Below are positions 1-8,329 of a DNA stretch of 12,155 bases, piece after piece. This stretch comes from Candidatus Odinarchaeota archaeon (lineage in GTDB: Archaea; Asgardarchaeota; Odinarchaeia; Odinarchaeales; Odinarchaeaceae). A program made the translations under genes and the position numbers. The stretch is from assembly GCA_038826135.1 (NCBI GenBank), contig JAWBON010000034.1:1-12155 (forward strand). The letters run 5' to 3'. Below the pieces are notes generated by a model. The model was not told the DNA's origin. It made no database searches and saw nothing but the letters and a program-made list of their open reading frames with translations. The first letter of the stretch is position 1. Every line of letters starts with the position of its first letter.

Positions 1-891
1 ATCCAATGGGCTTTGACGGGTATACCTTATTCTTTTCTGTATTTCAGGTTTAAGCCACTCCCAGAAAAGCTTGTAAAGCTCGTTTATTCTTATTATTAAA
101 CCGTCGATAAAAACAGGCGCTGGAGCTAATTCTCCGCTCCGCATATAGTCGTCTATTGTTATCATAACCTCTTGAGCTCTACCAACAGCGAAAACGGGGA
201 TTAAAACTTTACCGCCGTTTTTAATAGTCTGGTTTATATCGCTCACGAATTTGCGCTCAGTTTTTTGAGTTGAAGGGTGTTTATCCTCAGGACCACCATA
301 CGTTGACTCCATTATTACAATGTCACCGCCCTCTGCTTTCAAATCAGCCATATCGAGTGTCCGAGTGTGTCTGGTGCTGATATCGCCTGTATAGAAAATA
401 GTTTTATCCCCGAGTGTGAGCTTAATCATCGAGGATCCTATTATATGCCCCGCATTGTAAAAGGTGACAGTGACATCGTTTTTTAATTTATATTTAACCC
501 TGAAATTCACATCGAAGGAATTCTTTCTTATTAACATGATGTCATTCATAGTGTACGGGACTGTTTCACCGCTTTCTTTAGCTATTTTAAGATTATCCGT
601 AGAAAGTATCTCGGTGATATCCTGGGTTGGAGGTGTAGTGAGCAGTTTACAACCATATTTACCTAACATAGCTGGCACATACCCTGAGTGGTCTAGGTGA
701 GCGTGGCTTAACAATATGTAGTCTGGTTTATCAGGTGATTCAAGCGGGTACTTTCCCTCCTCCCCTTCACTTAGATTAACACCTGAATCAAATAGAAAAC
801 AGCCTTTTTTCGAAGAAACTAGGAAAGAGGATCTGCCTACCTGCTTCGCACCGCCTAGAAAAATTATCTCTATATCTTCACTCAAAAACAT
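1..891 (-). CDS. Beta-CASP metallo-beta-lactamase ribonuclease (archaeal CPSF-like, no N-terminal KH domains); 3' end runs off the left edge
   Basis: Hand translation of the minus strand gives 297 open codons from ATG 891 to the edge: MFLSEDIEIIFLGGAKQVGRSS...FLFDSG...LLSHAHLDHSG...FYNAGHIIGSS...FYTGDI...MESTYG...LIPVFAVGRAQEV. These are MBL motifs 1-4 plus the beta-CASP entry motif. TTG at 885 is an alternative start, with GAGG 7 nt upstream. Not in the supplied ORF track because there is no stop within the window. Confidence 0.93.
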   Translation of the reverse strand, partial: MFLSEDIEIIFLGGAKQVGRSSFLVSSKKGCFLFDSGVNLSEGEEGKYPLESPDKPDYILLSHAHLDHSGYVPAMLGKYGCKLLTTPPTQDITEILSTDNLKIAKESGETVPYTMNDIMLIRKNSFDVNFRVKYKLKNDVTVTFYNAGHIIGSSMIKLTLGDKTIFYTGDISTRHTRTLDMADLKAEGGDIVIMESTYGGPEDKHPSTQKTERKFVSDINQTIKNGGKVLIPVFAVGRAQEVMITIDDYMRSGELAPAPVFIDGLIIRINELYKLFWEWLKPEIQKRIRYTRQSPLD

Positions 892-1041
892 TCCTCTAAT
901 ATTTAGTTAAGACATTAACCATATTCAGTTATTTTATTAAGTTTAACTATATTAAAAACTACTATTTTAAAGATGTTTGCTAAAAGTAATAATCTAAATT
1001 ACACTATATTATGTTAAAGATAACAATAACTATATAGAATC

Positions 1042-1785
1042 ATGAGATTATTCTTGAGGGATGTTATGTCTGGTGATGAGTTTCTGACAGCAGAGGCTGA
1101 TTTAAACCAGATCCCTCCGACTTTAATAACGCTGTTAGGTTTAAAGAAAACTGAATTTTTAGCTGAACCTATAGGAATCATCACCGAGAACGCTAAATGC
1201 GAGCGGATAGTTGTAATACTTTTAGATAATTTCGGCCTATTCGAATGTGTATATTATAAACCGCGTTTCATAATAACAAATGTTAAAGCGATTGTTTTAC
1301 TGAACTCTGATGATCCTTTCACTAAAAATGTAATGACCACTATAATACGCGGCGGAGCTGGCGGTAACAGTTTCAATCTATTCAACTACATTGTTAACAA
1401 TGGTTTGAAAGCTCAATTAATAGGGTGCTCTAACGATATAGAACTGTTAGGCACCGCTTTTAACACCACTATAACAAAAGATGACACTGAAACCTATGTT
1501 CAAGCGATTAAACTATTAAACCGTGTGGATCTCTTATGGATGCACTTCTTAGATTTTGAGAGACTGTACTCAACCTATAATTTTCAACCACCTATTACAA
1601 CAGCTCAAAAACTGATCACCCGCACAGATAAATGGATATTAACATTGCATAAACAGCTTAAAGAGAATTCGCTGCTTATCGTTATAGGAACCCACGGGAA
1701 TCGAAATATGGAAATGGGGTACGAAGAGCATTATAAGCGGCTGAGAGGCGCCAGTGTTCCTATAGCGGTATTCATAGAAAAATAG
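1042..1785 (+). CDS. Alkaline phosphatase / nucleotide pyrophosphatase superfamily protein, minimal and with degenerate metal ligands
   Basis: LNQIPPTLITLLGL, IVVILLDNFG (cf. vvlilvDGlG), DPFTKNVMTTIIRG (nucleophile region), LLWMHFLDFERL (cf. D..gH) and LLIVIGTHGN (cf. tlvivtaDHG) occur in the family order. Confidence 0.6.
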   Translation: MRLFLRDVMSGDEFLTAEADLNQIPPTLITLLGLKKTEFLAEPIGIITENAKCERIVVILLDNFGLFECVYYKPRFIITNVKAIVLLNSDDPFTKNVMTTIIRGGAGGNSFNLFNYIVNNGLKAQLIGCSNDIELLGTAFNTTITKDDTETYVQAIKLLNRVDLLWMHFLDFERLYSTYNFQPPITTAQKLITRTDKWILTLHKQLKENSLLIVIGTHGNRNMEMGYEEHYKRLRGASVPIAVFIEK

Positions 1786-1828
1786 GGCTTAAATAATTAT
1801 TTGAGTTAAACTATTATTGGTGAGTTTT

Positions 1829-3592
1829 TTGCTATTCCGCGAGCTTTCAGAGTACTATCAGCGATTGGAAAACACAACTAAGCGGCTCGAGATGACTGAT
1901 ATCCTCAGAGAGCTGATATCTAAGCTGGATCCGGAAGATATTGATAAAGTAGTGTATATGACTCAGGGTAAACTTCACCCCGACTGGTACGGTTACCCTG
2001 AGATCGGGATGGCGGAGAAAACGGTTTTAGACGTTATATCCGCTACGAGCGGTGTACCTGTTGAAAAAGTAACCTCTCTTCTGCAAGAGACTGGTGACAT
2101 CGGCTTAGCTGCGGAAAAAGCTCTGAAAAACAAGATTCAGAGAACAATAATCCAGGAGTTTGAGCCGTTGACAGTTCAATACGTGTATAATCAGCTTGAT
2201 AAAATTACGCGTCTATCCGGGAAAGGCTCAAGCGAGGATAAGAAGAGACTTTTTTCAGGATTACTTCACAGATGTATACCGATAGAGGCTAGATATATTT
2301 CTAGAATAGTTACCGGTAATCTTAGACTGGGAATAGCTGACATGACTCTTATGGACGCGCTCTCAATAGCTTTGGCTGGGAGTAAAGCTAGCAGGGAGGA
2401 TATTGAGAGATCCTACAATATTTGCTCTGATCTGGGTTTAATAGCTAAGAATCTTCTTCAGAGTGGAGTGGACTGGCTTAAAACAATTCAGTTAAAGGTC
2501 GGTGTCCCTGTTAGAATGATGCTAGCGCAGCGGCTTTCAACAATAGAAGAAATATTTGATAAAATAGGCCGGTGTGCTGTCGAGTATAAGTATGATGGTG
2601 AACGCTTCCAAATTCATAAGGATAAATCAGATATAAGAATATTCTCTCGAAGATTAGAGTCTATAACCGAGCAGTACCCTGATGCTGTTGAAATAATAAG
2701 CGATTCAGTGAAATGCGACACCTGCATCACCGAGGCTGAATGCGTAGCCGTCGACCCTGATAATGGTGAAATACTGCCTTTCCAGCAATTAATGCATAGG
2801 CGTAGAAAATACGAGGTTGAAGAAGCTGTTGAAACATACCCTGTGAAACTATTCTTCTTCGACTGTCTTTACAGCGACGGACGTCAGATGATTGATAAAC
2901 CCTATCCTGAACGAAGAAATTTACTGGAGAAAATTATTAGAGTGAACGATAGATGCGAGCTATCAACTCAGATAATCACAGATAACAGGGATGAGTTTGA
3001 AAGATTCTTTCACGAAGCGGTTTCCGCTGGCTGTGAAGGTGTTATCGCTAAATCTATACTGGAAGACTCGCTCTATCAGGCTGGTGGCAGAGGCTGGCTC
3101 TGGATAAAATATAAGCGCGATTACAGATCGGAGCTTACAGACACTCTTGACCTAGTTATTGTAGGCGCGTATGTCGGGAAAGGTAGGAGAGCCGGCACTT
3201 ACGGTACACTTCTAGCAGCCTGTTATGATCCCGACAGTGACGTGTTTAAGACTGTAGCGAGGGTGGGTAGCGGCTTCAAAGACGAGGATCTTTCAAACCT
3301 GTCCAATATACTGAAAAACCTTATAGTGCGCTCGAAAAACCCTAGAGTGGAAACAAATCTTGAACCTGATTATTGGATTCTCCCTAAACTAGTTATAGAA
3401 GTGAAAGGAGCTGAGTTAACGCTAAGCCCTATTCACACCTGTGCTTTTTCAAAAATAAAAAGCGGGGTTGGATTGGCTATAAGATTCCCCCGATTCACCG
3501 GTCGCATAAGAGATGATAAATCCCCTGAGGAGAGCACTACCGAAGAAGAGATAGTGGAAATGTATAATAATCAGATGAAAAGAATCAAGTAA
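1829..3592 (+). CDS. lig: ATP-dependent DNA ligase (archaeal, with DNA-binding, adenylation and OB domains)
   Basis: Adenylation motif VEYKYDGERFQIH, EGVIAK, motif V WLWIKYKRDY, DLVIVGAYVGKGRRAG and motif VI IRFPRFTGRIRDDK. The ORF track starts at TTG 1817. TTG 1829 (MLFRELSEYY) has GGTGAG 7 nt upstream and matches typical archaeal ligase N-termini. Confidence 0.97.
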   Translation: MLFRELSEYYQRLENTTKRLEMTDILRELISKLDPEDIDKVVYMTQGKLHPDWYGYPEIGMAEKTVLDVISATSGVPVEKVTSLLQETGDIGLAAEKALKNKIQRTIIQEFEPLTVQYVYNQLDKITRLSGKGSSEDKKRLFSGLLHRCIPIEARYISRIVTGNLRLGIADMTLMDALSIALAGSKASREDIERSYNICSDLGLIAKNLLQSGVDWLKTIQLKVGVPVRMMLAQRLSTIEEIFDKIGRCAVEYKYDGERFQIHKDKSDIRIFSRRLESITEQYPDAVEIISDSVKCDTCITEAECVAVDPDNGEILPFQQLMHRRRKYEVEEAVETYPVKLFFFDCLYSDGRQMIDKPYPERRNLLEKIIRVNDRCELSTQIITDNRDEFERFFHEAVSAGCEGVIAKSILEDSLYQAGGRGWLWIKYKRDYRSELTDTLDLVIVGAYVGKGRRAGTYGTLLAACYDPDSDVFKTVARVGSGFKDEDLSNLSNILKNLIVRSKNPRVETNLEPDYWILPKLVIEVKGAELTLSPIHTCAFSKIKSGVGLAIRFPRFTGRIRDDKSPEESTTEEEIVEMYNNQMKRIK

Positions 3593-3620
3593 AAACCCTG
3601 CTCGTATAAAAGGTGGTTGC

Positions 3621-4526
3621 GTGAAGACCTATGATGTTATTGTTATAGGAGGAGGCCCAGCGGGGTTATCCGCCGCTATTTACACAAGTAGAGCTAATTA
3701 TAAGACGCTTCTCATCGATAAAGGCGGTTGCCTTAACTTTAAAATAGGTAGAGTTAACAATTATTTAGGTTTCCCTGAAGGAATAGATGGAAGTGAACTA
3801 GTTAAACTAGGTTGTAAGCATATAAGACTTTTAGGCAGTGAAACTGTTAATGAAGAAGCTCTTAAAGTGAAAATGAAGAATGATCTTTACATTATTGAAA
3901 CTAACAGGTCTTCATATGCTGCTAAAGGACTTATTATAGCAATGGGTGTATCGTATAAGAAGCTGGAAATAGCTAACTTGGAGAAGTTTGAGGGAAAAGG
4001 CATAAGCTACTGCGTGACATGCGACGGGTTCTTCTTCAGAAATAAAACAGTCTTCGTTATAGGCTCTAAAAACTACGCTGCTAAGGAGGCTTTAGAGCTT
4101 ACAGATTACACAGATGATGTCACAATATATACTAATGGTTTAAAAATAGAGATGGATGAAGCCTTTATTGAAAAACTTAAATCTAAAAATATAGCGGTGA
4201 AAACCCCTAGAATAATTTCATTCATCGGCGATGAAAAATTAGAGGGTTTAAGATTAGAAAACGGTGAAGAAGTTAAATGCAACGGGGTTTTCATAGCAGT
4301 AGGCTCCTCAAGTTCAACTGATCTAGCTATGCAGCTTGGTATAATATTAGAGAACGGTTACATTAAAGTTGATAACAGGCAGAGAACAAATCTGCCACGG
4401 GTTTACGCCGCAGGAGACTGCACAGGCGGTGTTAGACAGATAGCTACAGCTGTAGGGCAAGGTGCAACAGCCGCTATTAATCTAATCTCAGAGTTTAAGG
4501 GCATAGAACACGTGGACTACCATTAG
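3621..4526 (+). CDS. trxB: Thioredoxin-reductase-like FAD-dependent disulfide oxidoreductase
   Basis: FAD motif IGGGPAGLSAA, redox centre SYCVTCDG and second FAD motif TNLPRVYAAGDC...QIATAVGQG. An SD-like AGGT lies 6 nt before the GTG. NADPH motifs are degenerate (see findings). Confidence 0.85.
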   Translation: MKTYDVIVIGGGPAGLSAAIYTSRANYKTLLIDKGGCLNFKIGRVNNYLGFPEGIDGSELVKLGCKHIRLLGSETVNEEALKVKMKNDLYIIETNRSSYAAKGLIIAMGVSYKKLEIANLEKFEGKGISYCVTCDGFFFRNKTVFVIGSKNYAAKEALELTDYTDDVTIYTNGLKIEMDEAFIEKLKSKNIAVKTPRIISFIGDEKLEGLRLENGEEVKCNGVFIAVGSSSSTDLAMQLGIILENGYIKVDNRQRTNLPRVYAAGDCTGGVRQIATAVGQGATAAINLISEFKGIEHVDYH

Positions 4527-4538
4527 AGGTTGATAGTT

Positions 4539-5306
4539 TTGAAAGCTGAGAGAAAAACATTTCAATTTATTATAAACAGAGATGGGGGTTTACAGCTTGT
4601 AGACGGTAACCCTAGTCTATTCGATGATAACTCGGTTATACTAGTCGTTGATGAAGAGAATTATAGAATCTGGCTTTACATAGGAGCTGCTGTATCCCTC
4701 ATCCATAAGAGAGCTGCGATGAGAGCTGCTAACTCGATAAGAAGATTCGGTTATCATTTAAATGAAAGCTTAATAGGCAATAAGTGTAAAGAGCTAATTG
4801 TAATCGACCCTGAAACTGATTCAGAGCAGCGATCGACAGCTGTGCAACAGTTAAAGTCAATTATCAACGCCAGCTCATCCACGCCGGTATTGGAAAAAGT
4901 TGAGAACGCCAGTAAACCGTTTAACTTCACTGATTTAAAGGAGAGGCCTCTTATCAGACCGATAGAAGAGTTGAATAAGAGTGTTGAACACTCAAGCGGT
5001 AAAACTTCAACCCTCTCTAAAAGTCTAGTGACTTCTTTAAAAACTAATAGTGAAACCAGTTACAGAAAACTAGGAGTATTATTAGCATCTATTCTATCAA
5101 TTTACCCGGAGATAAAAATCAGCCGGCTGGGTGAAGGTTACTCGGTTGAAGCTCCGAGCGGGGTTATCTGTAAATTAAAGGTTAAGAATGATAGGTTAAT
5201 AGTGTCCGCGTCTTCAACATTCGGCGGTGAAAAAATAAAGTATAAGATTCAGAAAAAATTCGTATATTTAGTGGAGAGAATGAAACCTCTATTTGAGTTA
5301 AAATGA
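4539..5306 (+). CDS. Gelsolin-like domain protein (N-terminal gelsolin fold, S/T-rich linker, uncharacterised C-terminal alpha/beta domain)
   Basis: FDDNSVILVVDEENYRIWLYIGAAVSLIHKRAAMRAANSI fits the gelsolin-repeat pattern (l.s.dvfild...iyvW.G...s..ek..A...A..i). The ORF track starts at TTG 4530, but GAGGT at 4526-4530 favours TTG 4539. The gene is next to profilin. Confidence 0.6.
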   Translation: MKAERKTFQFIINRDGGLQLVDGNPSLFDDNSVILVVDEENYRIWLYIGAAVSLIHKRAAMRAANSIRRFGYHLNESLIGNKCKELIVIDPETDSEQRSTAVQQLKSIINASSSTPVLEKVENASKPFNFTDLKERPLIRPIEELNKSVEHSSGKTSTLSKSLVTSLKTNSETSYRKLGVLLASILSIYPEIKISRLGEGYSVEAPSGVICKLKVKNDRLIVSASSTFGGEKIKYKIQKKFVYLVERMKPLFELK

Positions 5307-5331
5307 GTTTTAGTTGAATGAGAACTACAGT

Positions 5332-5697
5332 TTATAATATTTTAGCTAATTGACGCGCTGCTTTATCGATTTCAATATACGCGGTTCTCGCATCACCGTT
5401 AGGACTGACGTAACCTATTAATAGAGCCTTGGACCCTATAACAGCTCCGACTATATGACCGCGGCCGCCTACGTTTGTAGCTATTAGCCTGTCTTCGTTG
5501 ATATCTATAACTGAGTATTTAACGCCTTGTATAGTGATACTTGGCTCCTTGTTTTTATACACATTCACCGTATGAGCTCCGTCAACACTCCAATTCGAGC
5601 TTTGATAAAGGATCTCCCCCTTCATGGAAATAACAGCTGTAGCTCCTATGCTGCTTCCAGCTACAATAAGACCTCCAGCAAGCTGTTCAACACTCAT
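5332..5697 (-). CDS. Asgard profilin (actin-monomer-binding protein)
   Basis: 121 aa with GATAVISMKGEILYQSSNW, SITIQGVKYSVIDINEDRLIATNVGGRGHIVG and ALLIGYV...AYIEIDKAARQL. Recognised from memory as very similar to the characterised Odinarchaeota profilin. SD GAGGT lies 7 nt upstream. Confidence 0.93.
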   Translation of the reverse strand: MSVEQLAGGLIVAGSSIGATAVISMKGEILYQSSNWSVDGAHTVNVYKNKEPSITIQGVKYSVIDINEDRLIATNVGGRGHIVGAVIGSKALLIGYVSPNGDARTAYIEIDKAARQLAKIL

Positions 5698-5742
5698 ATA
5701 TATTACCTCACTGAATATTATTAGGTTAATTTAGATTTAAAT

Positions 5743-5755
5743 CTTTATATTTTCA
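5743..5755 (-). promoter_or_regulatory. Putative BRE plus TATA box of the profilin promoter
   Basis: The minus strand reads TGAAAA-TATAAAG about 45 nt upstream of the profilin ATG, leaving room for a short leader containing the SD. Confidence 0.5.
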
Positions 5756-5892
5756 GGTTAAAAAATGTTGCCTTGCTACATAATTATCATAAGATTAGGC
5801 TCTCAAAAGCTTTTTAACCAACGCTTCTGAACTATATTTTTAAAACTGTTTCCTAAAATTATTTAAAACCAGAGAATAGGAGTAGTGATAAA

Positions 5893-6852
5893 TTGACTTT
5901 AAAAGATTTAATAATAGATAAACCGCGAAAATTCCTCTTATTCGGAGGCAAAGGAGGTGTTGGTAAAACATCCAACGCTGCAGCTGCAGCAATATGGGCT
6001 GCTGAACATGGAATGGAAACCCTTATCATAAGCACAGATCCCGCTCACAGCCTCTCTGACAGCTTCGCCCAAGATGTCTCCGGTGGGGATATTCAGATAG
6101 TTAAAGGCGTTGAAAACCTGTTCGCTATGGAAGTTAACCCTAAAAAAGAATTTAAAAAATATCAGGAGACTCTCAGCGAAGAATCTTTAAACTCTCTATC
6201 CCCTCAATTCCCTATGCCTGACCTTTTAACAGATTTAAGCGGGTTAACTCCACCGGGAGCTGATGAAGCGCTAGCGTTTTCAAAAGTTCTGGAATTTATA
6301 GGAAGCAGCGACTATGATCTAATAGTCTTCGACACAGCTCCAACAGGTCATACGCTTAGACTTTTAAGTCTACCCGATTTATTAAACAGTTTTTTCGGTA
6401 AACTTTTAACATTCAGACTTAGATTATCCAGCATATGGGATAGATTTAAAACATTCTTCGGCAGAGGGGAGAGTGTTCACGATGACTCTCTGGAGAAACT
6501 TGAAACTTTAAAAAAGAATATTGAAGCCGCATCCTCCGAGTTATCCGATCCTAATAAAACAAGCTTCATAGTTGTTATGATACCTGAAGCTATGGCAATA
6601 TATGAGACTGAAAGGCTTCTATCAACACTTTACGAGTATGAGATACCTGTCGACCATATATTAGTTAACATGATTTACCCTGACATGCCTGACTGTGTTT
6701 TCTGCAGATCTAGAAAAACTATGCAGGATAAATATTTAAAGGAAATCCATACTTTATACTCGGAGTTTAACATTACAGAAATCCCGTTATTCAGCGATGA
6801 GATACGTGGAATACCTAAGTTAAAGGATTTAGCTGATATACTTTTTAAATAA
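5893..6852 (+). CDS. Get3/TRC40-type (ArsA family) single-domain ATPase
   Basis: Deviant Walker A GGKGGVGKT, switch I STDPAH, switch II DTAPTGHTLRLL and a helical insert after switch II. The only cysteines are the C-terminal CVFC (the Get3-type Zn dimer motif). No duplicated ArsA halves. Confidence 0.88.
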   Translation: MTLKDLIIDKPRKFLLFGGKGGVGKTSNAAAAAIWAAEHGMETLIISTDPAHSLSDSFAQDVSGGDIQIVKGVENLFAMEVNPKKEFKKYQETLSEESLNSLSPQFPMPDLLTDLSGLTPPGADEALAFSKVLEFIGSSDYDLIVFDTAPTGHTLRLLSLPDLLNSFFGKLLTFRLRLSSIWDRFKTFFGRGESVHDDSLEKLETLKKNIEAASSELSDPNKTSFIVVMIPEAMAIYETERLLSTLYEYEIPVDHILVNMIYPDMPDCVFCRSRKTMQDKYLKEIHTLYSEFNITEIPLFSDEIRGIPKLKDLADILFK

Positions 6853-6924
6853 CGCCGCGCACCAGCAAATAATAATCAAAAGATTTGAATATAACCGGTA
6901 TAAAATTAGTGAGTGGTGACGTGA

Positions 6925-7335
6925 ATGAAAGTCGTATCCAAGACTTTAACTGTATCGAGCAGGGCGAGAACCGAGATTATTAATATAACCTACCAGGTGA
7001 GGGATATAATCACCAAGGAGGGTTTAAAAAACGGTATCGTAAACATTTTTGTGAAACACACAACTTGCGGTTTAATTATTAACGAGGCTGAAAAAGGGCT
7101 TATCACCGATATTCTAAATTTCTTCAACAAACAGGCTCCTTATCAGGCTGGATACATCCATGATAGAATTGATAATAATGCTGACGCTCATTTAAAATCT
7201 ATTTTAACAGGTGTATCTGTCACTCTTCCTGTAATAAACGGGGAGCTAGCCCTCGGAACCTGGCAGTCTATTCTCCTATGCGAATTAGACGGGCCAAGGG
7301 AGAGAACAGTCAACCTTACATTCATGGTGGAATGA
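6925..7335 (+). CDS. yjbQ: YjbQ/UPF0047 family protein
   Basis: KHTTCGL, NADAHLKS, LGTWQSI and ELDGPRER family motifs; 136 aa; SD-like GGT 7 nt upstream. Confidence 0.92.
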   Translation: MKVVSKTLTVSSRARTEIINITYQVRDIITKEGLKNGIVNIFVKHTTCGLIINEAEKGLITDILNFFNKQAPYQAGYIHDRIDNNADAHLKSILTGVSVTLPVINGELALGTWQSILLCELDGPRERTVNLTFMVE

Positions 7336-7357
7336 TATTTTTAACACATGTTAACGG

Positions 7358-8242
7358 ATGAGCTGCTTGATAGGGGAAGTATTCGCTCTCATGGCTGCTT
7401 TAACCTGGGCTGTCGGCTCCATTTTCGACAGGATAGGTCTCACTAAAATACCGCCATTACTAGCTAATACAATGCGCTCTGTACCAGCCGCTATATTCAC
7501 TTTTATACTCACAGTGATTATCGAAGGTTTAACACCTTTAACCAGTATAACAGTTATAAATATAATCTATATACTCCTCGGTACAACATTCGCTCTCCTA
7601 ATAGGCGACTATTTATTTTTATATTCTCTTAGAAGACTGGGGGTTTCTAAAACAATGCCTATCGTCTCAGTTTACCCTGTATTCGCAATACTGGGTGCTA
7701 CACTTCTACTAGGCGAGATTGTAACAATCTTCGTAGTTATAGGAGTTGCCTCAACTATAACCGGGATATTTCTCATAAGTAGAAGCAACAGCGGTAAAAT
7801 TGAAAATACTGGTTTAAACCCTAAATATATGCTAATAATCCCGGTTATAGCCGCTGTAATGTGGGGTTTAGGCCAAGTATTCTTCGGATTAGCGCTTTTA
7901 GACACACCGCCTTTAACAATGACCACTGTCCGACTTCTATATTTCAGTTCTTTTTTAGTCACTTTAAATTTTACCTTGGGTGATAGAAAATTCTATAAAA
8001 AATATAATTCCTACTGGGGTAAGATGGCCACTATAGGCGGTTTTCTCTCACTAGCATTAGGCGGCTTATTTCTAATGCTGGGTCTAAACTACGCTGGGGT
8101 TTCTAAAACCTCGCCTTTAACCTCCGTTACACCTATGTTTTCAACTATTTTAGCCGTGCTTTTCTTAAAAGAGAAGTTAGATATCAATATATGCTTGGGG
8201 ACAGCTCTAATTATACTAGGCATAATCTTAATAGTTTTTTAA
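7358..8242 (+). CDS. EamA/DMT superfamily membrane transporter (two repeats, about 10 TM helices)
   Basis: Highly hydrophobic. The internal duplication LGVSKTMPIVSVYPVFAILGATLLLGE / AGVSKTSPLTSVTPMFSTILAVLFLKE is typical of EamA. Confidence 0.92.
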   Translation: MSCLIGEVFALMAALTWAVGSIFDRIGLTKIPPLLANTMRSVPAAIFTFILTVIIEGLTPLTSITVINIIYILLGTTFALLIGDYLFLYSLRRLGVSKTMPIVSVYPVFAILGATLLLGEIVTIFVVIGVASTITGIFLISRSNSGKIENTGLNPKYMLIIPVIAAVMWGLGQVFFGLALLDTPPLTMTTVRLLYFSSFLVTLNFTLGDRKFYKKYNSYWGKMATIGGFLSLALGGLFLMLGLNYAGVSKTSPLTSVTPMFSTILAVLFLKEKLDINICLGTALIILGIILIVF

Positions 8243-8329
8243 GTGTATTTACTATTATAAAGCGGTGGGGGTATTAGATTAAGCGACCATTTTCTTTTTG
8301 AAATAGAATCCGAGCCTCAAACACCAGCA

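Noticed and set aside
464-700. 78-aa plus-strand ORF
   Set aside because: Antisense shadow of the beta-CASP gene, whose catalytic motifs are clear on the minus strand.
4106-4294. 62-aa minus-strand ORF
   Set aside because: Antisense to the thioredoxin reductase, with no motif or SD.
5527-5724. 65-aa plus-strand ORF
   Set aside because: Antisense to profilin, with no recognisable features.
5893-6852. Arsenic-resistance (ArsA pump) interpretation
   Set aside because: Single domain, no metalloid-binding cysteines and no ars operon genes. The CxxC and insert are Get3-like.
7672-7962. 96-aa minus-strand ORF
   Set aside because: Antisense to the EamA transporter.
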